The notes below the pieces were generated by a model. The model ran no database searches and was not told the origin of the DNA. It worked only from the letters and a program-made list of their open reading frames with translations. Shown piece by piece: positions 1 to 13,219 of a stretch of 64,000 bases of DNA. The stretch's first letter is position 1. Every line of letters begins with the position of its first letter. The DNA comes from Amoebophrya sp. A120 (Eukaryota > Protista > Dinoflagellata): positions 62,001 to 126,000 of the forward strand of contig CAJINV010000014.1 in assembly GCA_905178155.1 (NCBI GenBank), read 5' to 3'. Made by a program: the position numbers and the translations under genes.

Positions 1-450
1 AAATAAGGTCTTTTTGGGTGCTCTGGTTGCCGCCCAGTCGTTGATGATGAAATCTGCCCACCATCCCGTGGCCACCATCGTCGCCGGGCTCTGGCCTGAG
101 AAATTACAGGAAATAGGATGGCGCGCGGACTATAAAAGTGACCAAAAAGTTTCGATGTTATCGGTTTCGGCCAGGGCCTCGGGGATCTGGCCAATCTGGC
201 CAGCAAAAGTGGCCACTTTTCCGAAGCCTCCGGGCAAACCGATAACAAGCACCCTTTTTGGTCACTTTTATAGTCCGCGTGCCGTCGTGCTTCGTGTCTG
301 TTATCGGTTTCGGCTTGGCCACCCCCCCGAAACCGATAACAGAGCAGGGCTTTGCTCAGTTTATCGGGCCCGTGCCGTCGTGATAAAAATCTGTTATCGG
401 TTGCCCTTTTGACATCGCGCCAAAGCGAGCCTGCGCGAAGTAGACCCATA
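1..450. repeat. Degenerate repetitive insert (TTATCGGTTTCGG / CCGATAACA motifs) inside a family E introner
   Basis: Motifs recur in both orientations; family E internal sequence and right TIR resume at about 490-580. Confidence 0.55.
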
Positions 451-580
451 AACTTGAGCTAGCCACGACCTGAGTCGGACCTTAGAAGCTGTCTGGCATG
501 ACACCAGGCGCGAACCTGTTGCATGTTCTCCTGCATTACTACAGAGTTAATACATATTTGCACAGTTTTTTTCTTGCATA

Positions 581-3500
581 ACAGGTCTGAGAGGACCCAC
601 AGCCGTCGGTGAAGGCAGCGGATGGAATTTGGCTCCACGAAGTCTCCGAGTTCACCTTGATCCACATCAGGTCGTTGTCGGTCGCGCTATGAAAATTGTC
701 GCTGTGAATGCCTGACCCGTCGAGCGACTTGGAGAGGTCCGTGTCCGGGGGCGGGCTCCCGCGGACGCGGGCGACCACTTGTAGTCTCTTGTCCGCTGGG
801 GCAGATCCCACGGTCATGAAATAAAACTCGGCCTCGCTCTGCGTCAGCTGCTCGTCGCAATGGTGCACGGGGTCGGCGACTAGATGGCACTGATCGATGT
901 CATATCCTGTCCAACCTGTCTCAATGGTATTTTCTTGCTTCAGGCACCCCGGTCGCATCAGGTAGCACTTTCGTTTTCCGCTCTCCGCACTATCCTCGAG
1001 GAAGAACGAGGCGCAGTCGTGTGTTTGCGCGCACAAGTACCGGCACTGGTCCAGGTTATAGTTATGGAAGCGTCAGGATTGAAATCGTCAAAGTTGAAAT
1101 AGTTTGTGACGCATAAAATGCAACCCACAAAATGCCTGTCTTGCAGAGTAGGCAAGGGAGGCAGATTGCAAGCCTGTTGAGGGGTAGACATAGAGCTGCT
1201 AAAGCAGCACGACAAACGGCGTCTCCCTTACCCAAACAGCACTACAGACTGGATTTCGGTTCTACCCAAATTTGTCATGCTTTGCTTAGAAACTGGGCTC
1301 CAACTGGCATGCGTTTTCTGCATCACGAATTATTTCAACTTTGACGATTTCAATCCTGACACTCCCATAATAGTTGCGGTCCTCGTACATGCTGACGAGG
1401 ATGGTCGCATCATAGTCAGGTGGTGAGTCATCACCATTTTATCAAATGCAAAAATGTAGTGTCGGTCTGGAAACCTGTGATGCTAATAAAGCGTAGATGG
1501 CGGAAGAACTGCTTCTCTTCCGAATGCAGCACTACAGCATGACAACTTTCCAGAGCGCTTTGTTCTCATACGCAATCCGCATAAGAAGCTGCCTTTTTGC
1601 ATGAAAACAGTGGCTGCCACTTTTGTTGGTTCTGCAATATAGGTTTTCTTCCTTTCCAGGAGTGTTGAGCTAGCATTACAAGTCCACTTTTCCAGACCCA
1701 GACGCATTTGCATTCGATACTTCTTTATACAATTTCTCATCCGCGTACGCCCCCCCGGGTAGACACAGGCCCTACTACAGCGAAAAATGCCCCCACCCCA
1801 TTGCTGCGGCGCCTGCCGTGCTACTTCGGTGACACGTGACTGCGTCCTGCTGTCCGCTGACAGTGCTACCGCTGCTTCCCCCAGTGATGCCACCTACGGA
1901 CAAAACACGGGGACACGATTGCGGCCTCCAAGTGCCGCCCCCGGGGTCCGTCTGTGCTTGTAGTGCAGGAGCCTATGCTGACGCATCGGGAGAGGGTAGG
2001 ATTGGAAAGGGGGGAGAGATATTTATTTTGTACAGAATCAGCCAGAGATAGATCATCCTTTGGATGATCGTAGGCTTCCAGTGGGAAGCCGTCTTCACCG
2101 GAAGGGCATGAGCGCCCGCGATGGGGCACCCCGCCAACGCCGAAGGGGCCACGCGCCGAAGCAACCCCGAAGAACCCGCAGGAAGCGAAGCGACCCAGCG
2201 ATGAATTTGGGGGACAACATGCCCCATCGAAAAGGCCGCGGAGCCCTGGAAGGCGGGAAAGCAATATAAGTCCAAGCCCCGAAAAAAAAAAAAAACACAG
2301 TGAGCTACGTAATGTGGGACCGGAGGTTTCCCTCAGCCTGCAAGGCAGGCGATATAACGAAAATCCGTAGCAGCCCCAAAACAGCGCGCAAGCAATGGCG
2401 CCAAAGACGCTAAATAGCGCCGACCTTGGTCGTTTTATCCGTGACCTTTCTCGCAACGTAAAATTGGCAAAGGCCAGACACAAAAAGCCCTATGGGAGCT
2501 CAAAAACCCCAACGGAATACAACAAGCCCCCGGCTTTTCTTATCCCAGTCTCCCCCTCTGCAAGGGTAACGGATTGGGCTCGGAGCCCGTTTACCGCCAG
2601 TGCCAAACAGCCGAGAAAGGTCAGGATAAAAACAACCAAGGTCATTGAGATTGACCGCGGAAAATCATAAGTCCAGCCGGGGTGTAATTTCAACCCCACC
2701 TCACCAGACAAAGCGAAGCCAGAATCTCTGACCGAAATGGGTCAGGGCTTGCAGTCAAACCATCCGGCCAGGGTTTCATCGTAACCCCGTCTCGCCGGAC
2801 AATCTCAATAAAACATCTGGCCAGGGTTTAATCTCAACCCTGTCCTCTCACCAGATAAAATAAAGCCCGGAATCAGTGACCGAAACGGGTCACCGGGGCG
2901 GAAAATAATAAGTCTGGCCGGGGCATAATTCCAACCCCGTCTCACCAGACAAAGCGAAGCCAGAATCGCTGACCGAAACGGGTCAGGGCTCGCAATAATA
3001 CGTCCAGCCGGGGTCTAATTTCAACCCCGTCTCACCGGACAAAATCAATATAACCATCTGGCCAGGGTCTAATCTCAACCCTGTCTTACCAGATAAATCA
3101 AAGCCCCTAATCAGTGACCGAAACGGGTCACCGGGGCGGAAAATAAAGTCTGGCCGGGGTTTAATTTCAACCCCGTCTCACCAGAGAAATACTCTTCACT
3201 ACCATGGCAGGGGCGTGACTCCCTGGGACCTGATAATAATAGAAATACAGACGGAAATAGAATCTCACAAGCGAAATGGCTTGCCGTCTCTTAATTGGGG
3301 GAACGTTCTCAGGTCCTGGTTACCAATGGCCGAAGGGCTGGGGTCTGTATAAAATACCGACCGACCAGCCTCAGCCTAGACTCACAGGCTCGCTAGACTT
3401 CTTCTGCCCGGTCATACATTTAAAGTGAAGGCTTTCAACATTTGGAAACTTCGCGTCACAAATTATTGCAACTTTCGGGGTCGCGGAATTTTTCACTGTA

Positions 3501-6500
3501 ATAGGCCCGTGTACTGTTTTGGACAACGGCTTGTATCTACCGGGAGTATCTGGTCCGCTTCTATGCAACCTTTCTTGTTTATGACAGTGCACAACTCCCC
3601 CCCCCTCATTTGTCATGCAAATTACCTAATCCACCCTTTGGCTATTGGCACTGTTTGCATGCCACATTTTGGGAGCCCAAATAGAAGTACACTCCAGTGT
3701 AAATTTGTCATGCAAAACCGGCACTCTTGCTGATGCTTGCGTTGCCGTTCATGCTATACAAATGCGGGGGAGGGGGAGCTGTGCACTGTCATATTGTTCT
3801 TATACAAGTCGTACATGTCCCACCCTTTCCCGTGGTGAAATTGTCCTGTGCATCTGGCTATGCATTGCAAATATGTCTGGGTCTGGAAGGTTGCAACTTG
3901 TCATGCTAATTTTGGATAGTGTGTGAAAAAATGAAAATCTGTGTTGCATGATTACCAAAAGCGGCCCACTTTTGACCAAGCTGAGAGGGAGTTTCTCATG
4001 CAGACGAGACATGATAGACAGAGGTCGGACAGACTCTGTCATGCTGGGTCATGTATGACAGACTTCACGCGTCATGGAAAACCTGCATGACAAGTCTGCC
4101 CACCATCCAGACCCAGACATATTTGCATTTGATACCGGCCTCGAATCTGTAGCATGACCAGTCTTCTTTTTTTATCGCGAAGGCAGAGCAACTTTTTCCG
4201 TTATCCACGTAATCGCGACAATGGTCGTGGCATTCCGCCACCGCCTCCCAATAGTTGTTCGCGCTGGTGTCTTCGTCGCCCATACCAATATCCTCCCACT
4301 GCTCGCAGCCGCCGCTCCACCATATCGGGCAGATCGGATCCGTAAAGTCCTGAACCAGTGACGTCCAAGCTGGCGGGTCAGGATAGCCCGCGTTCGGGTC
4401 ACACTCCCTTGGCACTGCGGCATCGGGACACCAAATGGCATCTGGGTGAGCGCTTTCCGACGTTAGGTACAGCCAGCTCCAGCAGCCGCCAATGTGGGCT
4501 TCGTGGCCTTGGATCTGCTGGTCCATGCCGATATTGCCAAAGTAGGGGGTGTCCGGATCCTGTGCCTGCAGTACTCCCGCTCGCTGCGCCCCGAGGATGG
4601 TCACTGCTTTATTGAAAGGAAAGACTTCCCCTCCCCATATCGAAAAGGCATGTTTCCGAAAATTTGCGTTGCTGATTTGAGGTCACAAATCATTTTTGTC
4701 TTGCAAGAAGACAAGAGCAAAAGCTTCGCCCCCATTATGGAAGCGATTCCTCACGCTGTTTGACCTAAGTAAAGGGCAGCCGTTTGCCATGCTGAGCTAC
4801 TAGATACGCCCCTACATAGCCTGGGGATCTGGCCGCAATACCTCCCTGCAATACAAAGCTGATTTGTGTACACAAATCCAGCATCAGAAAATTCGTTTTG
4901 ATATAGGGAGGGGGGATTTTTCCTTTCGATATGCTTTATCGAAGAGCGCCCTTGAAGCGGAGGAGGACGACGAGTCCTTGATATGCTCCGGCACGTGCGT
5001 GTGCGCCGTGCCGGGAGGGGGCATCAAAGCAAAGAACTGCCACTCCCGCGGCTCCGGATTCTCGGTGCGGCCCCCGGTGGCTTTTGCCCTCTTCACTGGG
5101 TCCCGGTTGTTCCACAACACGCAGCACGTGCTGTTCTATCAAATGCAAAAGTGTCTGGGTCTGGAAGATTGCCAGGTTTGTCATGCATTTTTTGCATGAC
5201 GCCTAATGCCTGTAATGCATGATCTAGCAACACAGTTTAGAGGCTTTCCTAAAAATGCCTACTCCGCATGAGAAATGCCCTCTCTGCGTAACACAAACTG
5301 GAGTCCTGTTGCCGGTCATGCAATACAGATTTTTTTGGAATCCACAGACAGCACTACAAGTTGCAATCTTCCAGACCCAGACATTTTTGCAATCCATATG
5401 TTCATCTTGATTTTATCTTTGACGCCACCGCCGCTGTCCAGTGGGAGGAGCAGTGCGCTGATGTTAGAGGTCTCAAAGTTGTAAACGCGGCTTATGGGGT
5501 TCTCAGACGTTACATTCTCCACTGTTACATGATTTGTCATGCAAAATGACCATGACCCGCCAGACGATCAAGCTGCTGCGCATGACAAATTCTCGGAGGG
5601 CTAAACAGCACTTGAATCCGGACCAAACCTGTAATGCAAGACGCGCAAGGTTCTCCCTCTCACCTGTGCTAGTCTTCATCCATAATACAAATTCATGTAA
5701 CAGTTGAGAATGTAACGCTTGAGAGCGCCATACGGTTTGCTACAGGGATCTCGGTGTCGTCCGCGGAGCTGAGGTTGATCCTGAGTAAAAACGTCTCCAC
5801 CCCAGCGCTGTCATGCAAATCTGCATGCCAAAAATGTTTCTCATGCGGAGCCCCACGAGAGGCATTTTCTAGTCGTGTTTTGGAATTTGTGATGCTACAA
5901 TGAGCCTTATGCGCTAGATCTGTGATGCTGCTGACCTACCTAAAGCAGGATTATACTACGAGGACAAAGCTGTCATGCGAAACAACCAAAGCTGCTTGAT
6001 TTGTCTAGCAGATTTCCCATCTTGACTCTGGTGTGGGGAGGTTTTTACTCAGGATAAGGCTTCCCTTGTATACACTGAAAGCCGTGCAGCCCATTTGGGT
6101 TCGGCACCGGTCGGCACAGTCGTGTGGGTGGCCGCCGAACGAGAACCGACCACCCTGCCCCAGAAGATTTGTGGTCGCGCTCCAAGTTTTTTTTTCTGTT
6201 CCATCGCACTGCCCGTACGCACCCCACAGGTCCGTCTCTTGCCAACTATAGGGCTCTGGATCTCTGGCGTTCTCAACTGTTACACCCTCAGCTGTTACAT
6301 GGATCTGTGACGCAAGAATGGCAAAAGTGAAAGGGGGGACCTTGCGCGTCTTGCATAACAGACTTGGCGCAGATTTCTGGCCTGGTTGGCTCTTCGAGAA
6401 TTTGTCATGCGAACCAGCTTGATCGCGTCGAGTCTGGTTGTAATTTTGCATGACAAATCATGTAACAGTTGAGAATGTAAAATTTGAGAACGCCATATGA

Positions 6501-9500
6501 TCGCTGGCGTCCCCCGCCGACAGGGCGACATACCCTCCTGCAAAATTGCGCTGATAGTACTCCACGGTGTTCAGTTATGCAAGAACAAGAAACGTGCTAC
6601 ATCAGTTCTTACACGTTGTGTTGCAGAACGTGCAAGACAGACAACCTCTCTCATGCTGGAAAGCACCATGCGAGCCTTGTTTCATACGTGTTTTCCCTTT
6701 TGGGATCTCTGCATTGCAAGTTTTCTTTGAACTGCAGAGCAAGTTTGTGTTGCTAAAGTTGCAACAAATGTGTAACTGTAACACTTTTTTCTTGGGATAT
6801 CAGTATGGTTTTCCGGCAATCCGTGGTCATCTCGGTCGCTTGGCAGTTTTCATCCGGTTGCGTTTTCCAGCTGTCTGCGACCAACATACAGCTATCGTAT
6901 TGAAGACCGGAAGTAAGGACGAACACGAACCCCACGCATTCCAAATTGTGAGCGCAGAAGTTCATGCACTCGTAGTAGGTCCTTAACCCAATTGTGCGGT
7001 CTCCCCCGAAAATCCCGGCGCTCTTTATCCGCCGCCCCCCGTCGTGGTTCGCTTTGTCCTCGCGTATTGCAGTGAAAAATGCCCCCCACCCCTGAAATTG
7101 CAAATCCCAAAGAAAACTTTTTGTCATGCATGAAAGAAGTATGAATGTTTCTGATGCAGAGTGTGGGTGTGTATCGCATCGCTTGCATGACAAGCGCCGC
7201 TCTTGCTGGGGTCTGTTGCAATACAGTTTTTTGCTATTCACGATCGGAAACCTGTGATGCTGATAGATACAAGAGGGTGAGTGTTTCATTTGGAAAGGTT
7301 TGCAATACAAATGCTCCCAAGTTCTTCGGGGGTGGGGGCATTTTTCATTGTAATATCGCGCGCGCAGTTCTCGTAAAGCTGGTCTTGTGCGTTTACAAAC
7401 GGACTTCTGACCGCGGCGCCACTGTTTGCGGAAGTAGTTGTGGCGTTCTCAAACGTTACACTCTCAACTGTTACATGATTAGTATTTACATTGCTTGACT
7501 TCCGGGTTCTGGTACAGCATACCCCCGGCGACAGGTGACCTTGACAGGTGACCTCGACAGGTGGCCTTGACAGGTGACCTCGACAGGTGACCTCGACAGG
7601 TGACCTTGACAGGTGACCTTGACAGGTGACCGCGACGGGTGAACGCCCTGCCTTCCCCCGCTAGTGCTTCGCGCACTAAGCCACTATGCGCGCGCCTGGT
7701 GTGAGGCGAGGGGCGGACGCTGTCCGCCCCGATGCCGAACACCTTTCCCCCACTAGCGCCACGAGGGACGGGCACAAGGCCCCAGCGTGGGGACCCTGTC
7801 CCCACGCTCGAGTGGGCCTTGTTTGTCATGCAAAATTCCCTTCAGAATCGGCACCATCAAGCTGCTTCGCATGATAAATTCTCAGAGGCCTAAGCAGGCT
7901 GATGCTCTGTGCCAAATCTGTCATGCAAGACGCGCAAGGCCCCCCGTTTCACTTTTGCCATTCTTGCATTAGCATTACAGATTCATGTAACAGTTGAGAA
8001 TGTAACGTTTGAGAACAACTTCATAGTAGTAGCCACGACCCTGCTGTTGCTCGTTGTCGCGCCCGCGGTGTTGAGCAAGGACGTCGATAAACCTCCTCCC
8101 GAGGAGGCGGAGCTCATCTCCGCCCCCGCCCTCCTCGCCCCGCGGCGGCTTGTTCCTTCTCGTTGTTCCTGTTTTGCGGCCCTCTGCGACTCTACAGTGG
8201 CCTGCAGCAAAGCTGCAGAAGTCTCACGACCGCGACCACCCGCAGGTGAATGCTGTGGTGATCGTTGTCCCCCGGGTTGTGTAATTCTGCCTGTGTTCAA
8301 CATATACATAGTTTCATCTTCTATTGCAACATCTACGGGCACCGCGGCTGGTCGTGCAGCAGCAGCAGGAGCAGGTCCTGCCATCTCGTCGCCGGGCGGG
8401 GCATCGAATGGGTTAGTATCGTTGTCCTCTGCCGCGTCGGCCGCTTTGTAAGAAGCACTCCTACTAGAGGTGGTCCTCGTGGCACCAGGCGGCCTCCCCT
8501 TTATTTTGTCAGGACGACCAAGAACATCTTCAACATCTTCGGTTCCCTCGTCATCCCCATGCAAATCTTCTGCGGAGTAGGCGGCCCCGGCCGCGAGAGC
8601 AGCAGGCTGTAGTCGCGCACTGGGCCGCGAGATGGCTTTTTCTTGTTGAAGACCTTCTTGTTGGTCCTCCTGCCCACTCGGGTCGTGAAGTAGAAATTGG
8701 TCCTGCAGAATCCAGGAAAAAACACCCATCCCTTTCCCCATTTTTTTGTCATACAGAACCTGCATAATAATTCTCAGTGTCTGTGATGCAAAAAATGGAT
8801 GGGGATGGGTGTTTTTTCGTGGATATGCAGCCCGACGTCCAGCTGGTCGTGAAGCTGAACTTCTTCTCGCGTTTCTGTCACTGAAGCTGACCTCCGAGGA
8901 GATGTTGCTGCTGACACCGCGCCGCCGTCCACATCTTCGTGACGACGAAGGCTCAGCTCCTCCTCGTGCACGACCAAGAGTTGCTCTCTTGGCCTCGCCA
9001 GCTTCTCGCCCTGAATAGAAACTACAGCGTTTGTTCTCCTTGCACCGTCGGTTTCAGCGGCATCTTGATGTAGTGCCCGACCGGTATCATCTTGTTCCAC
9101 CTCAACATCGTCAACATCCCCGGCATATCAAATGCAAAAGCGTCTGGGTCTGGAAGATTGCAACTTGTCATGGTAAATCTGAAGCATGCAAAAATCTGTG
9201 TTGCATGAGTGCCAAAAGCTATCCACTTTTGACCAAGTTGGAACGGAGTTTCTCACGCAGAATAGGCATGATAGGGATCTCACAGAATGTCTGTCATGCT
9301 AAGTCCCGCATTCCAGACCTCGCGGGTCATGGAAAATCTGCATGACAAGTCTACACTCTTCCAGACCCAGACATTTTTGCACTTGATACAGCAGAGGACC
9401 CCCCGATTGGGACGTAGCGTTGCGTTTTTCCTTCAGCCGGAAGGGTCGTATGATCTGCAGCTGGAAAATATGCGGGTGCACAGCTCGACGTCGTCCCACG

Positions 9501-11271
9501 CCCCCTCATCATTTGGATGGCATCTTCCACAACAACTGGGCACTACTGCACAAGAGCTGGTGGCACAGATCATGCAGCTTTTGCATGACATATTTACGAC
9601 CGATTCTGGTGCTGTTTCGGCCCCTTCGGGACTCTGTCATGCAAGCACTGCCAACACAGGGCAAATAAGGGTGGGCTTGGCATTTTGCATGACAAATGCA
9701 GGGCGGGACGGCGACGGGGACCGAGTCGTGCACACTCATAAAAACTTTTCGAGGAGCACTGCTCTGCTCCTGCCGGAGGTGGTTTCAACATCTATTACTT
9801 GTTCGCGGGGCAACAAGTCGTGCCTCCGTCGTTTTTTCTGGACAAACGGCGCGAAAGGGGTACTGCGAACTGCACGTCGTGGCCCGCCTCCGTGCCGCCG
9901 GGTCGTCCTCGTCCTGTAGGCCGCGCCGCCGCCCGTGGAGGACATCTTCGCGGTCGTCCTCTATAAAAGCCTCAGAATGGAAATCCTCAAAGTGATGCAT
10001 GAAATGCGACGCAAAAAAGACTGTATCGCAGAGGACGCAAGAATGGAGGCCGACCACTGTCCTGCTAGGGTTGAAGAATTGCATATTGGAGTGCTGCTTA
10101 GCACGACAGAAGGGCACCCCTTTGCCTTGACCTGCATGACAGACATGCCTTAAGTGCCCGGGAAATTTATTGCCATGCGCCAAATGCAAATGAAATGCCG
10201 CTTCAACTGGAGTCGTTTTTTTGCATGACAAATTACCAGCCATGCTCCGGCTACCGCCGGAGCGCAAGGCTGTTGTGCTGGGGTTTGACTATTTGCGGAT
10301 CGGGCCGCGACACAAAAGCTTTGGGCACAGCGTGACGGACAGAGGAAACTTTGAGCGCCATTTTGCGCGAGGTCAACTCGCAGGGCCTCCTGCGCGCTTC
10401 CCGCGCCTTTAGGCGCTATGCGCAGGGGGCAGCTGCAGTAAACCTTGCGGGCGAAGAGATGCCGCTCCGGCGTAGGTGCGTGCCGAAAGAATCAGACAGA
10501 GGCCGGCGCTGCTCTTTGTTTATCACCATCCCGCGCTCGCCCACCTGATTCCCCGGGGAAGTAAAAATGTTGGCGCGAGAGGGTGACGCAAGAGGGTGGC
10601 GCGAGAGGGTGCGCGAGAGGGTGGCGCGAGAGGGTTCGGGCTTTTGCATAAAAGGGCCGCAAAAAAATCTGCCATGTGCCGGGCGGATTCGGGTTTTTTT
10701 ACCCCTCTCGCAGACCCTCTTTCTCACCTCTTCCGCGAGGTGTTGCTAATAATCCGGCTATACTCGCCGGTAGAGGTCTACAAAGGTGGCCGAGAGGTGG
10801 CCCAGAGGGTGCGCGAGAGGTCTCCCCTTATTCGCGCAACCTCTCGGCACCACTGTCCACCTCTCGCTTGCCCTCTTTTTTACCTCTCGGCCACCTCCGT
10901 GCCGCTTAGCGGTCGCACAGGGCGACCCCTTCGGCGGGCTATACTCGCGCCCCCTCTCGGCCACCCTCCCGAATGACCTCCCGCGCCACCTCTCCACCTC
11001 TGTCGACCTCTTTTTTACCTCTTTTGGCCTCTTTTTGGCCTCCCTGTCACCTCTCGTTTACCCTCTCTAGACCAATATTTTCGCATGAATATAATAGATA
11101 GTAATTTCCACTTTGAGGATTTTCGACCTGAGGCTTTCATACCCCCTGCAGCAGCTCCCCCGCAGCCCCGCCTGCTCCCGCATTCGGTAACGCCACATGA
11201 AAAGCCGGCAACCCGGTCGGCGGACGAACAAGCACCGGTAACAGCACGAGCCAGCATCGGACCCAGCTCAT
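581..11271 (-). CDS. Gene D: giant secreted Cys-rich PAN/Apple-domain adhesin-like protein, 3'-partial, split by 18 introner introns
   Basis: ATG at 11271 (MSWVRCWLVLLPVLVRPPTGLPAFHVALP, signal-like; in-frame TAA TAG upstream). Removing element plus one 5-bp repeat joins frames, e.g. ALFDKA|VTILGAQ (4610-4931), KMN|STCCVLWNN (5137-5398), YKGSL|SSADDTEIPVANR|VYNF, EDRNY|NLDQCRYLCAQTHDCASFF (1063-1369). PAN-type motifs ECMNFCAHNLECVGF, DCADRCRTQMGCTAF, ECHDHCRDY...CSAF. Continues past the left edge. Confidence 0.85.
1063..1369. mobile_element. Introner family B (TIR TATGGAAGCGTCAGGATTGAAATCGTCAAAGTTGAAA), about 310 bp, 12 copies
   Basis: Repeat ATAGT. Others: 18412-18719, 27027-27337, 30246-30553, 35084-35396, 38861-39175, 42370-42677, 43389-43694, 49492-49800, 55855-56259, 61569-61906, 63602-63930. 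Confidence 0.93.
2655..3186. repeat. Tandem array of about 240-bp units (about 2.2 copies) built from hairpin-forming subunits
   Basis: 2661-2900 aligns with 2901-3139. Subunits CTGGCCGGGG..AACCCCGTCTCACCAG and TGACCGAAACGGGTCA. Confidence 0.85.
3580..3793. mobile_element. Introner family H (TIR TATGACAGTGCACAACTCCCCC), about 210-270 bp, 7 copies
   Basis: Repeat TTGTT. Others: 9469-9740, 17285-17515, 22382-22636 (downstream of gene C stop), 29257-29470, 42060-42318, 59488-59720. Confidence 0.9.
4610..4931. mobile_element. Introner family G (TIR TAT-N7-AAAATCCCCCCTCCCCATATC), about 320 bp, 10 copies
   Basis: Repeat TGCTT. Others: 34534-34872, 35718-36038, 37260-37606, 44001-44311, 45675-45975, 49015-49344, 52060-52387, 53224-53595 (degenerate), 60237-60553. 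Confidence 0.92.
5137..5398. mobile_element. Introner family A (TIR TATCAAATGCAAAAGTGTCTGGGTCTGGAAG), about 260 bp, 27 copies
   Basis: Representative repeat TGTTC. Others: 1440-1719, 3859-4134, 9126-9388, 16923-17215, 19701-19958, 22731-22994, 23413-23679, 23917-24184, 26171-26440, 26721-26973, 27388-27648, 28814-29104, 29554-29805, 31115-32226, 32695-32915, 36105-36365, 37998-38291, 39259-39612, 40965-41226, 41292-41556, 42952-43340, 45058-45338, 49876-50141, 53664-53974, 56273-56509, 63023-63284. Confidence 0.93.
6576..6799. mobile_element. Introner family E (TATGCAAGAAAAAA...TTTTTTCTTGNATA type), about 220 bp, 7 copies
   Basis: Repeat TCAGT. Others: right end at 580 (partial), 37702-37922, 39717-39932, 43729-43956, 50633-50863, 50936-51144. 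Probably two subfamilies. Confidence 0.85.
7065..7355. mobile_element. Introner family F (TIR TATTGCAGTGAAAAATGCCCCCCACCCC), 2 copies
   Basis: Repeat TCGCG. The second copy, 1773-3503 (repeat GGCCC), is expanded by about 1.6 kb of foreign DNA. Confidence 0.88.
7528..7633. repeat. 13-bp minisatellite (ACAGGTGACCTYG), about 8 copies
   Basis: Read directly; lies in foreign DNA within introner 7439-8025. Confidence 0.92.
9962..11141. mobile_element. Introner family K carrying a nested Helitron (copy 1)
   Basis: TIR TATAAAAGCCTCAGAATGGAAATCCTCAAAGTG / CACTTTGAGGATTTTCGACCTGAGGCTTTCATA. Removal joins ELLQG to ATAKMSSTGG in frame. Confidence 0.87.
10236..11104 (-). mobile_element. Non-autonomous Helitron, copy 1
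   Basis: On the minus strand: 5' TTACTATCTATTATATTC, 3' hairpin GCTCCGGC-N4-GCCGGAGC then ATGG-CTGG (CTRR). Inserted between A and T with no duplication. Internal GCGCGAGAGGGT/CCTCTC repeats. Confidence 0.82.
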
Positions 11272-12043
11272 GATCTGCTTGATGTTGATGTTGTTCACGA
11301 GAAGACTTTGCTCAAATCGTCTGGTGCCGCGAAGATTTTTCACGAGAAGAGAAGGACGAAGGCTCTATTATAATCCATAGGTCCTCGTCGCACTTCTAGC
11401 CTCTTTCCTATTCTTTAATACTTAATTGATAAGAAGTACCCCGCGCCGCGTGGTCCTGTCGTCGTTTAGAAAACGCGTCTACTGCTCGTCCACGCGTGCT
11501 GCGGTCCTCATCGTGAAGGCTGCTGCAGCAAAACAGGCAGTGGGAGCAACCACGAGACGAGGTAAATCGATGACCACAGGACGGCATCCTGTGCAAAAGT
11601 ATCGCACTCGTAGTAATTGCAGTCATGCATTACCAACTTTTTTCTTAAGGTGAATCCGCATTACAAATTATATTTCTCATGCTAAGAAAATTCATTTGTA
11701 AATGCATTTATACTCGAGTGCGATACTTTTGCGATTCATAGACGGAGCGAGCGCGGACGACGCGGCCTATCCGCACTGTAGCTCCTGCAGCCGCGTCTTG
11801 GCGTTGACAACTTGCCGTGTGCGTGTAGTCTTGTCAGAGTGAACAGAGCTCGTCACCCCCCCCCGCCGCCCCCTTCATTTGAGGGATACGGAGGGCAACA
11901 TGACCGGCAACAGAACACCGGGTCTTGCTTTGAGCAGCATAAAGAAGTAGGTCACGACATTTTTATTAGCTCGCTGCAATCAATATTAAAAGTCCCCGGA
12001 GGTGGTCCTCCGGACCAACTGGTGGACGACTCAACAGCAATAA

Positions 12044-13016
12044 TGCTGGACAACGTTCTAACTTCGCGAGGTGGACCCAAGTATAGAGACGAAATAGGTG
12101 ATCTTCAAAACTGTTCCTATCCCTAAAGAAATTCGCAGCATACCGTCGGGATTTGCCCTGTTTTTTGCGCCAACGCAGGCGCTGCAGCTTTTATGGTCGC
12201 GCCTGCGTAGGAGTGCTGTTGCCTTCCCTGGTGGGTTTTTTCACGCGGCCCAGGCGTCTTTCTAGAGAAACCAACAGGCTGGCACGCTAGCACCCCGGCG
12301 AGCCTAGACATAGACTAAAGAGGCCCCCCCACTGCGCAGATCGACGCGCCCCGCGGGCACTCACAACACACCCACCCGGCGCACGGGAACATTTTATAGA
12401 GAACGGGAACATCTGGAGGAGAAGCTTCAATTCTGATTCGTCCAATCACCCTACTGCCGGTTGGAAGCTGGAGAGCGACACGACTGTGGTGGTCAACGAG
12501 AAACTCCGAGGAGGCTACTACGTCCAACTCTGATTCATCCCAAAACACAGCAACAGGTCGCTGCAGTAGTGTTCTTATCTATGCACGAGCGGGAACGTGC
12601 GGAGCTGAAGCACCATCTTTGCTTCTCGTCCCTCCCATATGCGTATTATTTTATAGAGCCAGCGCCCCATCGGTCCTAATTTAGGACCGACGGCACGGCG
12701 CAGGCACCAAAGACAACACCGGAGGGGCCATCATCTGCTACCTGACACAAAGAGAGACGAATGGGCCCGCACACTGCCGCGGCCCGGTGCGACCGCCGGC
12801 GTAGCCCCGGCTTGGGGGGGTCTTTGGGGAAAAAAAGAGCCCCCCCAAGCTGGGGCATGATCAGCTCGCGCCCAGGCGCGCGAACTTGGACGCAGTGGCC
12901 GGCCGTTATTCTGTCAGCGCGCAGCGCGTTCCCTGGCGCATGCGCTGGGGCTGCGCTAAGCACGAAAGCGCGACCCTGCTGGACAACGTTCTAACTTCGC
13001 GAGGTGGACCCAAGTA
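12044..13016. mobile_element. Insertion flanked by 40-bp direct repeats
   Basis: TGCTGGACAACGTTCTAACTTCGCGAGGTGGACCCAAGTA at 12044-12083 and 12977-13016. Confidence 0.7.
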
Positions 13017-13219
13017 GAAAACAGCGAAATAGCTCTGGCTTTCTCGTCCCTGCTCCTGCGAGCAATGAATGTAATTAAGCAATTATACCAGGAGCGAAAT
13101 GTTGATCGCTTGGAAGTTTGATCTTCACTACTTGTGCTGAGCGAGTATTCTCTTGTTGTGCTTGGCCGCTTTTCTTTATTTCATTACATGGGCGACCAGG
13201 GAACAAACATTACATGGGC

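Noticed and set aside
5137-5398. Recurrent peptides such as MSGSGRLQLVM, FQTQTFLH and KCKSVWVWK as a protein repeat family
   Set aside because: They are translations of the family A TIR in various frames.
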